The position numbers and the translations under genes are program-made. The notes below the pieces were generated by a model. The model was not told the DNA's origin, ran no database searches, and saw only the letters and a list, made by a program, of their open reading frames with translations. This document shows positions 38,182 through 48,008 of a DNA stretch of 64,000 nt, one piece after another. The stretch is from Planctomycetota bacterium (GTDB taxonomy: Bacteria; Planctomycetota; Brocadiia; JAADGH01). Position 1 is the first letter of the stretch. Each line of letters starts with the position of its first letter. Location: positions 1-64,000 of the forward strand of contig JBFMAD010000001.1 in assembly GCA_040755855.1 (NCBI GenBank), in the 5' to 3' direction.

Positions 38182-41139
38182 ATGAGGTTGCCGGGAATCG
38201 CGATGATTGTCGTCATCTTATGCCTTGCCCCCGTGTGGGCGCTGGAAGAGGCCGACGTGCTCTTCTTCGCCCCATTCGAGGATTCGTCCTCTGCGCAATT
38301 CTCATCGGGGCGCGGCCAGGCCCAAGTGACGGGGGGCCCCCAGTTCGGCCCGGGCCGGCGGGGCAAGGCGGTCGCGCTCGACGCCGACTCCCTCCTGACC
38401 TACGCCTTCCACGGCAACGTCCTGCCCGACGAGGGCGCGATCATGATGTGGATCAAGCCGGAGTGGCGGTCGGACGACGACAAGTTCCACCACATCTTCC
38501 GCGCCTCCACCGGCAACTTCGGCGGTAAGGCCCTCAACGCCATCATGCTCTACAAGTACATCAACAAGGACCGCCTCATGTTCTATACGTCCAACGGCCA
38601 GGAAAACGCCCCGCACGAGGGGCGAACCATCGCCGTGCGCGACGACCTGGCCCTGCCGGCCGGGGAGTGGGTGCATCTGGCGGCCACATGGAGCGCAACC
38701 CTCGCCAACACGGAGATGTATCTCTACCTCAACGGTGAGCGCGTCAGCGCCGCAGGGGGAGCGGTCTTCGTGCCGGACCGAGAACCCGAGACCTTTGCCA
38801 TCGGCGGCCCCGCCGGTTCGGGCGCGACATGGTTCGATGACGTAATCGTCTTCCAGCGCCCGTTGATGGCGCGGGAGGTGCGGCAGATATTCGAGAGCTA
38901 CGGCTCAAAGGCAGTCCCCGAACCGACTGACCTCCCCTTCGCATCCAAGGCCGAATTGCTGCTGCGCCCCTATGTGCTCTTTGGGCGAAATGAGCTGGTC
39001 GTGGAGGTGGACTTCCGCGGGGCGCGCCGCGATCTCGGAAAGGAACCGGGCCAGGTCGAGGTGGCCCTTTCGAGCGACGGCAAGGAGATGAAGGCGCAGG
39101 CCCCCGCGGGCGCGGACGGTGTGGCGCGTGTCACCTTCGACTATATAAAATTCCCGACCGGGCCGAGCAAGGTAGCGGCGGCGCTCCGCCGTCGTGACGG
39201 CTCGACTGTCCGAAAGGGGGAAATCACCTATACAGTCCCCGCAAGGCCCGTCTGGCTCGGAAACGACCTCGGCAAGGCCGAGAAGGTCCTGCCGCCCTGG
39301 ACGCCGCTTCGCGTCAACGGCGACGCGGTCGAGATGTGGGGGAGGGAGTACACGTGCAAGGGATCGCCGCTTCCGAGCCAAGTCGTCACGCAGGAACAAT
39401 CCTTGCTCCGGGAACCGATCCGGATGACCGTCCGGGCCGGAGGAAAGTCCGCGTCCCTCCAGGCCGCCCCTGCCGGCGCGTGGGAAGGGGGCGATGCCGC
39501 CGTGACGCGCCAGTGGGCAAGCGCGTTCGGTCCGTTGCAGTGCAAGACCGCAAGCCGCATTGAATTCGACGGCTTCATGCGCCTCGACATGGAACTGACG
39601 TCGACCGCGCCCAAAGCCGTTGACGAATTGGTCTTGACCGTCCCGCTTCGGCCCGAGGCGGCTACGCTCTACCATCACGCCAACGGCGAATGGACCGACC
39701 TCTCCGACGCAGGAGCCGTCGGCCCGGCGGGATGGAGCAAGGCCCTGGCGTTCGTCCCCTACGTCTGGATCGGGACGGAGAAGGGCGGACTGGCCTGGTT
39801 CTGCGAACACAAGCAGAACTGGAGCAACGCCGATGCGAATAAGGCCGTCGAGATCGCGCACACACAAGAGGGCGTTGACCTGCGCGTTCGCTTTATTGAC
39901 CGTGAGACAAAGCTCGGCGAACCCATGCGTCTCACGTTCGGCTTCATGGCCACCCCCGTCAAGCCTATGCCGACGGGTTGGCGCGACTGGCGGGAGATGT
40001 CCATCAGTGCCATCCACTTGGAGGGATTCTGCAAGCAGGGCTGGGCCGCGCCGGGCTGCCGGAACATCGGTCACCTGTGGAACAACCATGTCGGGACCTT
40101 CAGTTACCTTCCGGCAAACCCGGCGGAGATGCGCGGGAAGGTGCAGCTCCTCCGCGACAACGGATGGGACGCGGTGCTCTCCTACTTCGCCCTCAATTAC
40201 ACCCAGGTCGGCACCCCCGACTTTCAGATCATGGAGCGGGAGTGGCGGCGCAATCCGTACACCGAGTCCTCGGCGACCAAAGACATCAGCTATGCCAGCG
40301 CCTGCAACGCGAGCACGTGGGCGGATTTCCTCGTCTGGGCAATCGCCAAGACGATGGATGAGACAGGAACCGACGGGCCTTACCTGGACTGCTCGAACCC
40401 GAACTTCTGCCGGAGCGCGGAGCATGGCTGCGCGCCGGGTCGGTATCCCCTGTTCGCCACCCGCGACATCCAGAAGCGGATCTACGCCATGGTCAGGGAA
40501 AAGCGAGGCGAGCGCGGGTTCGTTTACAGCCACATCTCCGAGAACAACATCATGACGACCTTTTCATTCAGCGATGCGGTGCTCAACGGCGAACAGTACA
40601 ACCGCAAAGACCTGCGAAGCCTCACGCTGGACAAATTCCGGGCGGAGCTCAGCCCCCAGCCCTACGGCGTGCCGGCGTTTCTCCTGCCGACGCTCGTCAA
40701 GTTTCAGCCGGACAAGAAGGAGAAGATGCCCGGGGCGGAGTTCCTCGCCTTCCCGTTGCTGCACGACGTGATCTGTGTGCACGCCTGGCTGGGCCGGGAA
40801 TCTCAACTGCTGAACAAGAAGATTCAAGGCATCCTGCACGACTTCGGCGTGGCGGACGCGGAGTTCCTGCCTTATTGGGACAATGGCAAGGAGATTGCTG
40901 TTTCGCCCGGCGGGGCGACCGTGAGCGCGTATCTGCGCAAGGATGGAAAGGCGGCGCTGCTCATCGCGCAGGGGGCGGGCGAGTTCCGGATCGCGCTGAA
41001 CGGGCGTTTAGCGGCCCTGCGGGACCAGCCCGCTCGCGATGCCTTGACGGACGAGCCGCTCCGATGGGAGAAGGGAAAGTTGCTCTGGTCCCTCCCTGAC
41101 CGAAAGGTCCAACTGGCCATCGTATCGGCGGCAAAATAG
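38182..41139 (+). CDS. Secreted LamG + DUF6067/GH123-like glycoside hydrolase
   Basis: Signal peptide; LamG (WVHLAATW...YLNG); VLPPWTPL, IEFDGF, GLAWFCE, ATPVKP, DGPYLD and FLPYWDN. Confidence 0.65.
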   Translation: MRLPGIAMIVVILCLAPVWALEEADVLFFAPFEDSSSAQFSSGRGQAQVTGGPQFGPGRRGKAVALDADSLLTYAFHGNVLPDEGAIMMWIKPEWRSDDDKFHHIFRASTGNFGGKALNAIMLYKYINKDRLMFYTSNGQENAPHEGRTIAVRDDLALPAGEWVHLAATWSATLANTEMYLYLNGERVSAAGGAVFVPDREPETFAIGGPAGSGATWFDDVIVFQRPLMAREVRQIFESYGSKAVPEPTDLPFASKAELLLRPYVLFGRNELVVEVDFRGARRDLGKEPGQVEVALSSDGKEMKAQAPAGADGVARVTFDYIKFPTGPSKVAAALRRRDGSTVRKGEITYTVPARPVWLGNDLGKAEKVLPPWTPLRVNGDAVEMWGREYTCKGSPLPSQVVTQEQSLLREPIRMTVRAGGKSASLQAAPAGAWEGGDAAVTRQWASAFGPLQCKTASRIEFDGFMRLDMELTSTAPKAVDELVLTVPLRPEAATLYHHANGEWTDLSDAGAVGPAGWSKALAFVPYVWIGTEKGGLAWFCEHKQNWSNADANKAVEIAHTQEGVDLRVRFIDRETKLGEPMRLTFGFMATPVKPMPTGWRDWREMSISAIHLEGFCKQGWAAPGCRNIGHLWNNHVGTFSYLPANPAEMRGKVQLLRDNGWDAVLSYFALNYTQVGTPDFQIMEREWRRNPYTESSATKDISYASACNASTWADFLVWAIAKTMDETGTDGPYLDCSNPNFCRSAEHGCAPGRYPLFATRDIQKRIYAMVREKRGERGFVYSHISENNIMTTFSFSDAVLNGEQYNRKDLRSLTLDKFRAELSPQPYGVPAFLLPTLVKFQPDKKEKMPGAEFLAFPLLHDVICVHAWLGRESQLLNKKIQGILHDFGVADAEFLPYWDNGKEIAVSPGGATVSAYLRKDGKAALLIAQGAGEFRIALNGRLAALRDQPARDALTDEPLRWEKGKLLWSLPDRKVQLAIVSAAK

Positions 41140-41141
41140 AA

Positions 41142-42260
41142 GTGCCGAGTATGGGTATTTGTTCTATTCCAACACTCGCAGGTCTCGCAAGCGCGGCGAT
41201 CTTGCTGGCAATGCAGGGCAGGTCGCTCGCGGATGGGCGGCGCACCGAGGTTTCTATTCAGGGCGAGCAGTTTTGGATTAATGGACGCCCTACCTGCAAA
41301 GGGCGAACATGGAACGGCCATCGCATCGAAGGTCTGTTGTTTAACGCTCGGCTCGTTCAATGTATTTTCGACGACCTGAACCCGGAGACACGCGGCTTGT
41401 GGGCCTATTCCGATACAGGCGTTTGGGACGCGGAGCGCAACACCCGCGAGTTCATCGCGGCCATGCCGGAGTGGCGGCGGTGCGGGCTGCTTGCGTTCAC
41501 GCTCAATCTTCAGGGCGGGAGTCCCCAGGGGTATTCCAAGGAACAGCCGTGGCACAATTCGGCGCTGACGCCCGATGGCGACCTGCGCCCGGATTACATG
41601 GCGCGCCTGGAACGCATCCTGAACCGCGCCGACGAACTCGGCATGGCGGTCATCCTGGGCGTCTTTTACTTCGGCCAGGACGAACGGCTCAAGGATGAGG
41701 CCGCCGTCGTTCGCGCCGTGGACAACACCCTCGATTGGCTCTTCGACCGCGGCTACCGCAATGTGCTGATCGAGATCAACAACGAGTGCAACGTCAGGAA
41801 ATACGAGCACGAGATTCTGAAGCCCGACCGCGTCCATGAGTTGATCGAGCGGGCCAAGGTCCGGCAGCGCAACGGGCGGCGCTTCCTGGTCAGCACGAGC
41901 TATGGGGGGCGGGCGGTCCCCCGACCCAACGTCGTCCGCTGCGCGGATTTCCTTTTGCTTCACGGCAACGGGGTAAGCGACCCGCAGGGGATTGCCAAAA
42001 TGGTGCAGGAGACGCGGCGCGTCGAGGGCTACCGGCCCATGCCGATTATCTTCAACGAGGATGATCACTACGACTTCGACAAGCCGCTGAACAATATGCT
42101 GGCGGCCGTAGGCGAGTACGCCTCCTGGGGATTTTTCGATTTCCGTCGAAAGGGCGAAGGCTTTGAAGAGGGATTCCAGTCGGTTCCTGTGGACTGGGGC
42201 GTCCGGTCGGCGCGGAAGCGGGGATTTTTCGCAAGAGTCAAAGAGATTACCGGAGAGTAA
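41142..42260 (+). CDS. Clan GH-A-like TIM-barrel hypothetical protein
   Basis: Hydrophobic leader; EINNE (putative acid/base), LLHGN and FNED (putative nucleophile). Exact start uncertain. Confidence 0.6.
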   Translation: MPSMGICSIPTLAGLASAAILLAMQGRSLADGRRTEVSIQGEQFWINGRPTCKGRTWNGHRIEGLLFNARLVQCIFDDLNPETRGLWAYSDTGVWDAERNTREFIAAMPEWRRCGLLAFTLNLQGGSPQGYSKEQPWHNSALTPDGDLRPDYMARLERILNRADELGMAVILGVFYFGQDERLKDEAAVVRAVDNTLDWLFDRGYRNVLIEINNECNVRKYEHEILKPDRVHELIERAKVRQRNGRRFLVSTSYGGRAVPRPNVVRCADFLLLHGNGVSDPQGIAKMVQETRRVEGYRPMPIIFNEDDHYDFDKPLNNMLAAVGEYASWGFFDFRRKGEGFEEGFQSVPVDWGVRSARKRGFFARVKEITGE

Positions 42261-42266
42261 GATCGC

Positions 42267-43298
42267 ATGGTCGAGATTCCCGACGTCAACTTCTTTCTCT
42301 TTGGGATCGGCCCGCGCGAGAAGTTCCTGTATCGCAACGGAAAGTTGTTCCGCGCCCGCACGGGCGAACTGCACATGGAATGGGACGCCGTTGCGGAAAC
42401 CATTGACCCGACCGCATACACTGTGGAACTGAAGACCGCAAGCGGGGAGACCATACGCATCGAAGAGGATGAGGAAGGGGTGTGGCTGGACCGCAACGGC
42501 CGCCAGGAACCCCTGACGCAGGGGGCGGTGAAACTCCCGACCTTTGCAGGGCATCCCTATCGGGAACCCCTGCGCGTCACTCACCACGAGATTCTGGTGA
42601 ACATCATCGGCGGGCGGCCCGTGCCGAATTTCCTGGTTTACCCCAAGCCGTGGTACCGCGACGCGGCAATGATGGCTATGGTATTGGAGAAAACCGGCAA
42701 CACGGCGCTGATTCAGAACTGGGTGATGGGGCTGCGCGAACCGTTTGACCGGAACAACGCGGGCCACCGCGAGCCGGACAACCTCGGACAGGCGCTTTAC
42801 ATGATCTCGTTGGTCAGCGATCGGTCGCACCGTCTCGTGGACCTGATCCTGGACACCGCTGAGGAGTTTCACCACGGCGACCACATCAACGGAATCACCG
42901 ACGGGGGTGAGCACCCGGCCTATCAGACGAAGTGGCTCAAGTTCGGTTTGAGGTCGTTAGGACTCAGCGATTCGTATGTCGTTCCGAACGTGGAAGACCC
43001 CTACTCGAGCCTCGTCTGGTGGGTGTATAAGGATCGAGGCCGGCCGACGAATAAGCGCTATTTCGAGTCGAATGAACTCTATCCATATCTGTCCTGGGCG
43101 GAGGCGCACTTTCACGGCGCGCCGCCGCCGATGCGCCTTGCGGGCAAGCGCTATCCGATGACCTGGGAGGCCCAGGCCAGCCAGGCTCGCTACGAGGGCA
43201 TGCGCCTCATTGATCCGCAATTCGTGGAACGGAAACTCTCCGTGCCCCACACGTGGCACGCGGCGGAGATGTTTCTGTATCTGTTTGATCTGAAATAG
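42267..43298 (+). CDS. Hypothetical protein, possible (alpha/alpha)6 glycosidase-like fold
   Basis: PKPWYRDAA, EPDNLGQ and PHTWHAAEMFL; translationally close to the upstream gene. Confidence 0.55.
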   Translation: MVEIPDVNFFLFGIGPREKFLYRNGKLFRARTGELHMEWDAVAETIDPTAYTVELKTASGETIRIEEDEEGVWLDRNGRQEPLTQGAVKLPTFAGHPYREPLRVTHHEILVNIIGGRPVPNFLVYPKPWYRDAAMMAMVLEKTGNTALIQNWVMGLREPFDRNNAGHREPDNLGQALYMISLVSDRSHRLVDLILDTAEEFHHGDHINGITDGGEHPAYQTKWLKFGLRSLGLSDSYVVPNVEDPYSSLVWWVYKDRGRPTNKRYFESNELYPYLSWAEAHFHGAPPPMRLAGKRYPMTWEAQASQARYEGMRLIDPQFVERKLSVPHTWHAAEMFLYLFDLK

Positions 43299-43447
43299 GT
43301 TATCCCAAACCTCGATCGTCGCTGCCTTTCCCTTTCACATATTATCTGATATGCTTAACTACTGTTTTAAACGATTGTTATGCTTCTATTATTGACATTC
43401 ATCCTGATTCATTCCGTGATTTCCGCCGCACTGCCCGCGCGCGTCAA

Positions 43448-43460
43448 TATCAAGCGCTTA
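43448..43460 (+). promoter_or_regulatory. IHF consensus site in an AT-rich intergenic region
   Basis: TATCAAGCGCTTA matches WATCAANNNNTTR. Confidence 0.35.
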
Positions 43461-43588
43461 ACTATCAGTAGCATACGGTATTATATAGGTCTGACTTATA
43501 TTCGTTCGGAAGCGCCATGTCGTTGATTTTTGCGCGAGGACGAGTAAGATGATACGCGCGTACCTGTTTATCCGAGGGAGACGCCAAC

Positions 43589-44470
43589 ATGGTGGGTACC
43601 GAGCCGGTCCGCCGGACGCGAAAGACCCCGTTCATCAAGCTGTTCGACCGCACGCCGCCGGGGATCGTGTGCCCGCATTTCTACATCTTGTCCCACGCGA
43701 ACGGCTGCCCCTTCTCGTGCGACTATTGCTACCTGCGGCTGACGCTACGCTACGTGGAGCGGCTGGAGGTCTTCACGAACCTCGACGACCTGCGGCGCGA
43801 GATGGCCGCGTTTCTGTCGAGCATGATCCCGGCGGTGGTGAGCTGTGGGTCGCTTTCCGACGGACTTGCCTTCGACCACATCAACGGCCTCTCGCGGCTC
43901 CTTGTCCCGATGTTCGCCAGGCAGGACCGGCACACGCTGATCTTCGTGACGAAATCGCTGAACATCGGGAACCTGCTCGATCTCGATCCGATGCCGTGGG
44001 TCGTCGCGTCCTTCTCCGTGAATTGTGACGCCGTGTCGCGCCGGTATGAGAAGGGCGCGCCGAGTCCGCGGCAGCGACTCGCGGCGGCGCGGCGGCTGAA
44101 GGACGCCGGGTGGCGAATCCGTCTGCGGCTCGACCCGCTCCTGCCGATCGAGAACTGGCAGGGCGAGTATGCGGCGATCATTGACGAGATCAACGCGCTG
44201 CAGCCGGAGATCGTGACGCTCCTCGGATTTTTTTACTTTCCCAAAATTTTGCAGCACGTCCGCGAAGGGCGGGAGATTTTCTCCTTAGCCCGCGAGATCG
44301 GCGTGGACAACCGCCGCCGCATCCCGCACCCGGCGCGCCTCGCCCTCTATCGTTTCTGCCTCGACCGCTTGTCGGTTCCCGCCGTCGGTCTCTGCAAGGA
44401 GACATTGAAGATGTACGCCGACCTTGGTCTGGACCCCGGGCATGTAACGTGCAACTGTGGAACGGGGTAA
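43589..44470 (+). CDS. Spore photoproduct lyase-like radical SAM protein
   Basis: NGCPFSCDYCYL, FVTKS, SFSVN, YEKGAPS..RL.AA, RLDP and LCKE. Confidence 0.8.
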   Translation: MVGTEPVRRTRKTPFIKLFDRTPPGIVCPHFYILSHANGCPFSCDYCYLRLTLRYVERLEVFTNLDDLRREMAAFLSSMIPAVVSCGSLSDGLAFDHINGLSRLLVPMFARQDRHTLIFVTKSLNIGNLLDLDPMPWVVASFSVNCDAVSRRYEKGAPSPRQRLAAARRLKDAGWRIRLRLDPLLPIENWQGEYAAIIDEINALQPEIVTLLGFFYFPKILQHVREGREIFSLAREIGVDNRRRIPHPARLALYRFCLDRLSVPAVGLCKETLKMYADLGLDPGHVTCNCGTG

Positions 44471-44640
44471 AATAACTGTCTTCGAATCACCGAGACGTGT
44501 CTGAGCCTTGCTGCGTTGGACAGGTTCCCCACCTACAACAATTGACAGTGATCCCAAGCATCGAGGAAAAATAGCGCCCTGTCGGCATGCGCCGACATGG
44601 CCTGAACTCCGGCGAGTTCGGCTGCGACCCCCAAGCGGGT

Positions 44641-44670
44641 TGATTTCGCCGCCTCGGCTGTGGTAAACTC
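44641..44670 (+). promoter_or_regulatory. Extended -10 promoter for the greA-like gene
   Basis: TTGATT-18 bp-TAAACT with a TG extension (TGGTAAACT). Confidence 0.5.
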
Positions 44671-44711
44671 AACCTGTGTGGACTGTCCCATCGGACCGGA
44701 GAGGCGTTGAC

Positions 44712-46892
44712 ATGACCGATCAGGAAAACGAACTTTCCCCCGCAACCAAGCGACTGCAAAAGCTGGCGAAGTCGAGGCTGTACGACGAACTCGAATCCGC
44801 CTGGCTCGAGACCGTCCAGGCCGACCCGCGATGCGCCGACGACCTCTTTCCCGTCTTTGACCTGCTCGTTCGCCGCGGGGACACCGAACTGGCCGAGTCG
44901 CTCCTCAGCTACCTGCTGATCGAGCAGGCCGAGCGGCTCGGCGCGAAGGACGCCGTGGCGACGATCGCCAAGGCCGCGGCCCGGCTGCCCGGCAGCGCCT
45001 CGCTCCGCGGGGAGGCCGTCGAGCTTTACCGCAGCGCCCACGCCTCCCGCCCCGCCGTCGAGGCGATGATCCAGGCGACGGTCGCCGCTGACGATACGCC
45101 CCTGCCCGACGCCATCGCGCGCCTTGAGAAACTCCTTGCCCTGGAACCAGGAACATATATCCTGGACGAGAAGGCCCCGGGCCGCGTCGTCCGGTTCGAC
45201 GAGGAGGCCAAGGCGCTGGTCGTCGAATTTGCCGACGGCGAAAGGCGGTATGATGCGGCCTCGATCAAGGGATTGCTGATCCTCGATCCGAACGACTTCC
45301 GCGCCCTGGCCGCGTTCGATCGGCCGCGCCTGCAGCGGCTCGCCGCGGAGGACCCCGGCGAGCTGGTGGCTGCCCTCATGCGCGCCTTCGGCAGGGAGCT
45401 GACCTACCGCGACATCCGTGAGCGGCTGAAGGACGTCCTCGACGTCTCGTGGAATACATGGTGGGCGGACGCGAAGGTGAAGATCAGGCGCTCGCCGTGG
45501 CTCGATGTCTCCGAGGGGACGCAGCCGAAGTTCACCCTCCGTCGCGCACCGGTGGCCGTGGAGGAGCGCATCCGCGAGGATTTCGACTCGGCGAAGTCGA
45601 GCGAGAGAAAGTTGGCCACGGTGCTCGACTACGTGGAAGGCATGAAGGGGGAGGACCGAGACGTCCTCCAGCGCTTCGCCGCGAATCTCGCGTCCATCAT
45701 GCGGGATGCCGTGGCAACCGAACCGGCGGTCGCCGTTGCGGGGCTGGCCGTCATCCACCACCTGCACGAGCGATTCCCCGATCTTCCACCGGAGGCCCTT
45801 CCATCGTTGGCGGAGGTTCTTTCGGTCCTACGAGACCCATCCGACACGCTCCGGTTCACTCAGGACGACCGCCTGTCGTCGCGCGTCCTTGCGTTCCTCC
45901 GCGCCTCGCTTCCCGATCGGTGGCATGAGTGGTATGCGGGGGCCCTGCCCGGCGCTTCGGCGGCGGCATGTGACCTGATCGCCCAGGAGATTGTCAAGGC
46001 TGGGCATGAGGACGCGCTGAAGGCCGCGGCGTCGCGGGTCGTGGCGGAGCCGGAGCGAGGCCCCCTGGCCCTCGTCTGGCTCTGGAAGGCGGTCGGCGCA
46101 GGCGAGCACCCGAACGCGCTCCAGCACATTGACGGGGTGGCCGTGCTGCTGGGCCTTCTCCGTCTGGCCCACGATACGAAGCGGAAGGGTGGGCGGGACG
46201 AGGGGGCGCTCGCAGAGATTCGAGGGGCGCTGTCGGCGAGGGAGTATGCCACGGTCCGGCGGGTCGTCTCCGAAATCGGGGCGCACCGGGCGCAGGAGGT
46301 TCGGGACGCCGCCGAGCGAAATCTGGGGCTGAGCGATCACGCCAAGGCGGAAATCCTCCATGCCCTGTATGAAACGCACGGGGATTTGTTTAAAGAAATT
46401 GTGCCGCCCTGGGAGGAGGAGGTCATCTACACCACGCGGGAAGGTCTCCAGCGCCGCCGAGAGGAGCATGCCCGTCTGGTGAACATTGATCTGGACCAGG
46501 CGGAGAGGGACGTCGGCAGGGCCGCGTCCTTCGGCGACCTGAGCGAGAACGCCGAATACACCGCCGCCCTGGAGCAGCGGGACCGCCTGGCGCGGAAGGC
46601 GGGGATGATGGTGGCGGAGCTGTCGAAGGCGCGGGCGATCACGCAGGCCATGGTCCATACCGATCACGTCACCGTCGGCGTGCGGGTAAAGACCCGGAAC
46701 CTGAACACCGGAGCGGAGGAGATATTCACCTTCCTCGGTCCGTGGGACGCCGACGCGGAGAAGGGGATTTACTCCTACCTCGCGCCTCTGAGCCTGGCCT
46801 TTATGGGCAAGACCGTCGGGGACACGGTGTCCTTCAGCGTGAACAGTGACGAGCGGAAATGGGAGGTCGTCGAGATCGCCAGCGCAATCTGA
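44712..46892 (+). CDS. greA: Long-form GreA/GreB transcription elongation factor with a large helical N-terminal extension
   Basis: C-terminal GDLSENAEY, FLGPWDAD and SYLAPL...GKTVGD; about 570-aa N-terminal extension. Confidence 0.8.
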   Translation: MTDQENELSPATKRLQKLAKSRLYDELESAWLETVQADPRCADDLFPVFDLLVRRGDTELAESLLSYLLIEQAERLGAKDAVATIAKAAARLPGSASLRGEAVELYRSAHASRPAVEAMIQATVAADDTPLPDAIARLEKLLALEPGTYILDEKAPGRVVRFDEEAKALVVEFADGERRYDAASIKGLLILDPNDFRALAAFDRPRLQRLAAEDPGELVAALMRAFGRELTYRDIRERLKDVLDVSWNTWWADAKVKIRRSPWLDVSEGTQPKFTLRRAPVAVEERIREDFDSAKSSERKLATVLDYVEGMKGEDRDVLQRFAANLASIMRDAVATEPAVAVAGLAVIHHLHERFPDLPPEALPSLAEVLSVLRDPSDTLRFTQDDRLSSRVLAFLRASLPDRWHEWYAGALPGASAAACDLIAQEIVKAGHEDALKAAASRVVAEPERGPLALVWLWKAVGAGEHPNALQHIDGVAVLLGLLRLAHDTKRKGGRDEGALAEIRGALSAREYATVRRVVSEIGAHRAQEVRDAAERNLGLSDHAKAEILHALYETHGDLFKEIVPPWEEEVIYTTREGLQRRREEHARLVNIDLDQAERDVGRAASFGDLSENAEYTAALEQRDRLARKAGMMVAELSKARAITQAMVHTDHVTVGVRVKTRNLNTGAEEIFTFLGPWDADAEKGIYSYLAPLSLAFMGKTVGDTVSFSVNSDERKWEVVEIASAI

Positions 46893-46910
46893 TTGTTCGG
46901 GAGAAGAGAT

Positions 46911-47900
46911 ATGTCTTGCGGGAAGAAACGGACAGATGGGCTGTGCGGGGCTGCGGTTGCGCTCCAGGCCCGGCAATTGTTGGGGGCGATCTGCGTCCTC
47001 GGGGGGGCCGACTGCCCGTTGATAGGGAAGAAAAAGGCGGATACATTTCTCAAGAAGATCAAGGCCGACCCGACCGTCGCCATCCGTCTGGAGTCCGACG
47101 CCGACGCGATCTCGCACTACACGTCCCTGAGCGATGAGGACTACGCAAACCTGGATAAGGAAACCGTGTTCAACCGGAAGCGCGACCTCGATGTCCTGCA
47201 GCGCCTGGGGCTTGCCCCCGGCGACACGCGGCGGTCGCGCTGCCTGATCGAGCTGCTCTTCCAGCGCATTGAGACGCCCGACGGCATCTGCGCGTACGAC
47301 ACGTCCGGATGGGAGGGCTGCCCGCAGGCGCGGAGCGGGGCCTACGAGAGCGTCCGCGCAAAGGGATGGAAGGCGGTTGTCTATGACCGGCCTGAGGAGG
47401 AGAAGGCCGACTATCGGCGGCGGAGCGTGGAGCGCATTGAGAAGGACGGGCGGCTATTCATCCGCCCGCATCACCTGATGTGCCTGAGCTGCTGGGTAGG
47501 TGGCAGCGGCGGGGAGGGATTGCGCGGGAACGATACGCTGGCTGAGATTTACCGGCGGGTCACGAAAGACCCGGATGTTCGGATCACCCTTGTTGAAGGC
47601 TGCTGCGAGGCGTGCAACTGTTGCGACGGATTTCACCCCGAGACAACCCGATGCGTCCACGCCTGCGGCCTGATTCGTGATTACAAGAAGGACCTGGACG
47701 TCTTCCAGAAACTCGGCCTCATGCCCGGCGCGACGCTCTCCGCCCGCGAGGTGTTTGGGCTGTTGTATGAGCGCATCACATCTACAAGGGAGATATGCGG
47801 CTACGGCGACGGTGTCGTCCGATCGGAGGAGTGGCGGATCTGCGGCGGGCCGGACGGCAATGCAGGCTACGCCAAGGCTCGCGACATGTGGATACGCTAA
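46911..47900 (+). CDS. Cys-rich protein with tandem DUF1284-like domains
   Basis: IRPHHLMCL...ITLVEGCCEACNCC...KKDLDVFQKLGLMPG; the first half echoes it with KRDLDVLQRLGLAPG. Confidence 0.65.
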   Translation: MSCGKKRTDGLCGAAVALQARQLLGAICVLGGADCPLIGKKKADTFLKKIKADPTVAIRLESDADAISHYTSLSDEDYANLDKETVFNRKRDLDVLQRLGLAPGDTRRSRCLIELLFQRIETPDGICAYDTSGWEGCPQARSGAYESVRAKGWKAVVYDRPEEEKADYRRRSVERIEKDGRLFIRPHHLMCLSCWVGGSGGEGLRGNDTLAEIYRRVTKDPDVRITLVEGCCEACNCCDGFHPETTRCVHACGLIRDYKKDLDVFQKLGLMPGATLSAREVFGLLYERITSTREICGYGDGVVRSEEWRICGGPDGNAGYAKARDMWIR

Positions 47901-47973
47901 ACCAGCATAATATTGAGGCTTGCATAAGTAAAGGAATGAGAGAATGTCCGAGTAGCCTGCGGCGGCACGAAGA

Positions 47974-47996
47974 CGCGGACTAAAAACCGCGGCTAC
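47974..47996 (-). repeat. GTAG-type REP palindrome
   Basis: Minus strand GTAGCCGCGGTTTTTAGTCCGCG between convergent genes; degenerate inverted partner GTAGCCTGCGG at 47952. Confidence 0.55.
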
Positions 47997-48008
47997 AAAT
48001 GCGATTTT

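Noticed and set aside
43300..43560. oriC or dif site
   Set aside because: Only weak DnaA-box-like matches, no good XerD arm (TTATGTTAAAT), and no dnaA/dnaN context.
44480..44650. Cobalamin or c-di-GMP riboswitch
   Set aside because: Core conserved motifs are not matched, and the segment lies upstream of the predicted greA promoter rather than in its leader.
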